A DNA stretch of 32,000 nt, from the NCBI RefSeq assembly GCF_039383305.1, contig NZ_CP135009.1, positions 330,001 to 362,000 on the forward strand, in the 5' to 3' direction. Positions 30,685-32,000 of the stretch are shown here, piece by piece. The stretch is from Candidatus Saccharimonadota bacterium. Lineage in GTDB: Bacteria; Pseudomonadota; Gammaproteobacteria; Enterobacterales; Enterobacteriaceae. The notes beneath the pieces are model-generated. The model did no database searches. It saw nothing but the letters and a program-made list of their open reading frames with translations, and was not told the DNA's origin. Both the position numbers and the translations under genes were made by a program. Numbering within the stretch: the first letter of the stretch is position 1; every line of letters begins with the position of its first letter.

Positions 30685-31062
30685 TTAAGTTATTTTTTTT
30701 TTTTGAAAACGATCTATTAATTCTATATATGCTAAAATTGTATTATCTCCTTTTTTATAACCACATTTCAGAATTCGTAAATATCCACCTTTTCTTTCCT
30801 TAAAATGAGGACCTAATGTTGTAAATAATTTATTAACTATTTCAGAATTACAAATACGAGAAAATATTAAACGACGATTAGAAACTGTATCTATTTTAGA
30901 TAATGTAATTAGAGGCTCAACAAAACGTCGTAATTCTTTCGCTTTTGGTAATGTAGTTTTCAAAAATTCATATTTTAATAATGAACATGACATATTTCGA
31001 AACATAGAATTTAAATGAGAACGAGTTCGATTTAACAAACGTCCACTTTTTCTATGACGCAT
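30685..31062 (-). CDS. rplQ: 50S ribosomal protein L17
   Basis: 125 aa. [24 protein letters not shown] matches E. coli L17 ([24 protein letters not shown]). AAGGA lies ~10 nt upstream. It follows rpoA, as at the end of the alpha operon. Confidence 0.95.
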   Translation of the reverse strand: MRHRKSGRLLNRTRSHLNSMFRNMSCSLLKYEFLKTTLPKAKELRRFVEPLITLSKIDTVSNRRLIFSRICNSEIVNKLFTTLGPHFKERKGGYLRILKCGYKKGDNTILAYIELIDRFQKKKIT

Positions 31063-31118
31063 AATAATATTATCCTTCTTTTATTCTGACATACAATATA
31101 TAAATATCTTTTTTCACA

Positions 31119-32000
31119 TTAAATCTCTAACAAATCTACAGGAGGCCAATTCTCTAATTTCATTCCTAAAGATAATCCACGAGATGCTAATACATCTTTA
31201 ATTTCTGTTAATGATTTTTTACCTAAATTAGGTGTCTTTAATAATTCTACTTCTGTTTTCTGCACTAAATCTCCAATATAATGTATTTTTTCTGTTTTCA
31301 AACAATTAGCCGAACGTACTGTCAATTCTAAATCATCTACAGGACGTAATAGTACCGGTTCAAATTCTAATTTTTCTTCTAAAACAACTGGTTCTCTTAC
31401 CCCCCTTAAATCTACAAAAGATTCTAATTGTTCTGAAAGAATAGTAGCAGCACTACGAATAGCCTCTTCAGGATCAATTGTACCATTAGTTTCCATTTCT
31501 ATAATTAATTTATCTAAATCTGTACGTTGTTCTACTCTAGCAGATTCTACACTATATGAAATTCTTTCAATAGGACTATATGATGCATCCACAAATAATC
31601 TTCCTATAATATTACTATCCATATTCATTTTTTTTCTAGAAAAAGCAGTACTATACCCTCTCCCTCGAGATACAGTAATTCTCATAAAAATTGTAGTTTT
31701 AGGACAAGTTAAATGACATAAAATATGTAATGGATTAAAAATTTTAATAGAAGGATCTTCTGTAATATCTGAAGCATACACAGGACCTACACCTTGTTTT
31801 TTAACTGTTAATACAACTGTATCTCGATCAAAAATTTTTATAGATAATCCTTTTAAATTTAATAAAACTTCAAATATATCTTCTTGAATACCTTCTTTAA
31901 CCATATATTCATGTAAAATTCCTTCAATTTCAACTTCTGTAACAGCACAACCCGACATAGAAGACAATAAAATTCTTCGCAATGCAGTTCCTAAAGTATA
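31119..32000 (-). CDS. rpoA: DNA-directed RNA polymerase alpha subunit; N-terminal ~35 codons lie outside the window
   Basis: The frame is open to the window edge: ...[32 protein letters not shown] matches E. coli [33 protein letters not shown]. The 'M' at 31982 in the ORF track is an internal Leu (TTG). The C-terminal domain [15 protein letters not shown]...IGDLVQ is present. Confidence 0.95.
   Translation of the reverse strand, partial: YTLGTALRRILLSSMSGCAVTEVEIEGILHEYMVKEGIQEDIFEVLLNLKGLSIKIFDRDTVVLTVKKQGVGPVYASDITEDPSIKIFNPLHILCHLTCPKTTIFMRITVSRGRGYSTAFSRKKMNMDSNIIGRLFVDASYSPIERISYSVESARVEQRTDLDKLIIEMETNGTIDPEEAIRSAATILSEQLESFVDLRGVREPVVLEEKLEFEPVLLRPVDDLELTVRSANCLKTEKIHYIGDLVQKTEVELLKTPNLGKKSLTEIKDVLASRGLSLGMKLENWPPVDLLEI

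Overview
This window is an extremely AT-rich, gene-dense housekeeping stretch of a highly reduced gammaproteobacterial endosymbiont genome. Gene content, gene order and the aroE-tRNAGlu-23S-5S arrangement without a 16S gene point to Buchnera aphidicola, probably a strongly reduced lineage. That assignment rests on recall of gene order, not on a search.

I call 27 protein genes: recB (5' partial), recD, nusB, tusE, cyoE-D-C-B-A, bolA, clpP, clpX, lon, mdlA, mdlB, dnaX, ybaB, htpG, folD, cysS, ybeD, cspE, aroE, def, fmt, rplQ and rpoA (5' partial). I also call 23S and 5S rRNA, three tRNAs (fMet-CAU, Arg-UCU, Glu-UUC) and an SRP 4.5S RNA that the ORF track cannot show. Four G+C-containing terminator hairpins, the 23S processing stem and two weak promoter candidates complete the list.

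I see no mobile elements, CRISPR arrays, prophage, toxin-antitoxin or defence genes. Every long ORF without a housekeeping assignment is nested inside a real gene or inside rRNA. I therefore do not find a novel multi-gene system here and prefer to say so.

Observations worth a second look:
- a dnaX that stops at the end of the clamp-loader core
- complementary degenerate and consensus ATP-site motifs in MdlA/MdlB
- an rrnD-like operon with the 16S gene removed, and cspE directly behind 5S with no terminator between them
- an orphan hairpin that could be a distal terminator for the cyo operon after antisense passage over tusE
- short AT-only spacers at the E. coli positions of tig, hupB/ppiD, recR and adk
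- many in-frame poly(A) tracts of 10-14 nt in essential genes
- near-total erosion of sigma32 promoter signals upstream of htpG and clpP, with one possible vestige before lon

All coordinates come from manual reading. RNA ends are approximate to a few nt. No alignments or database searches were run.
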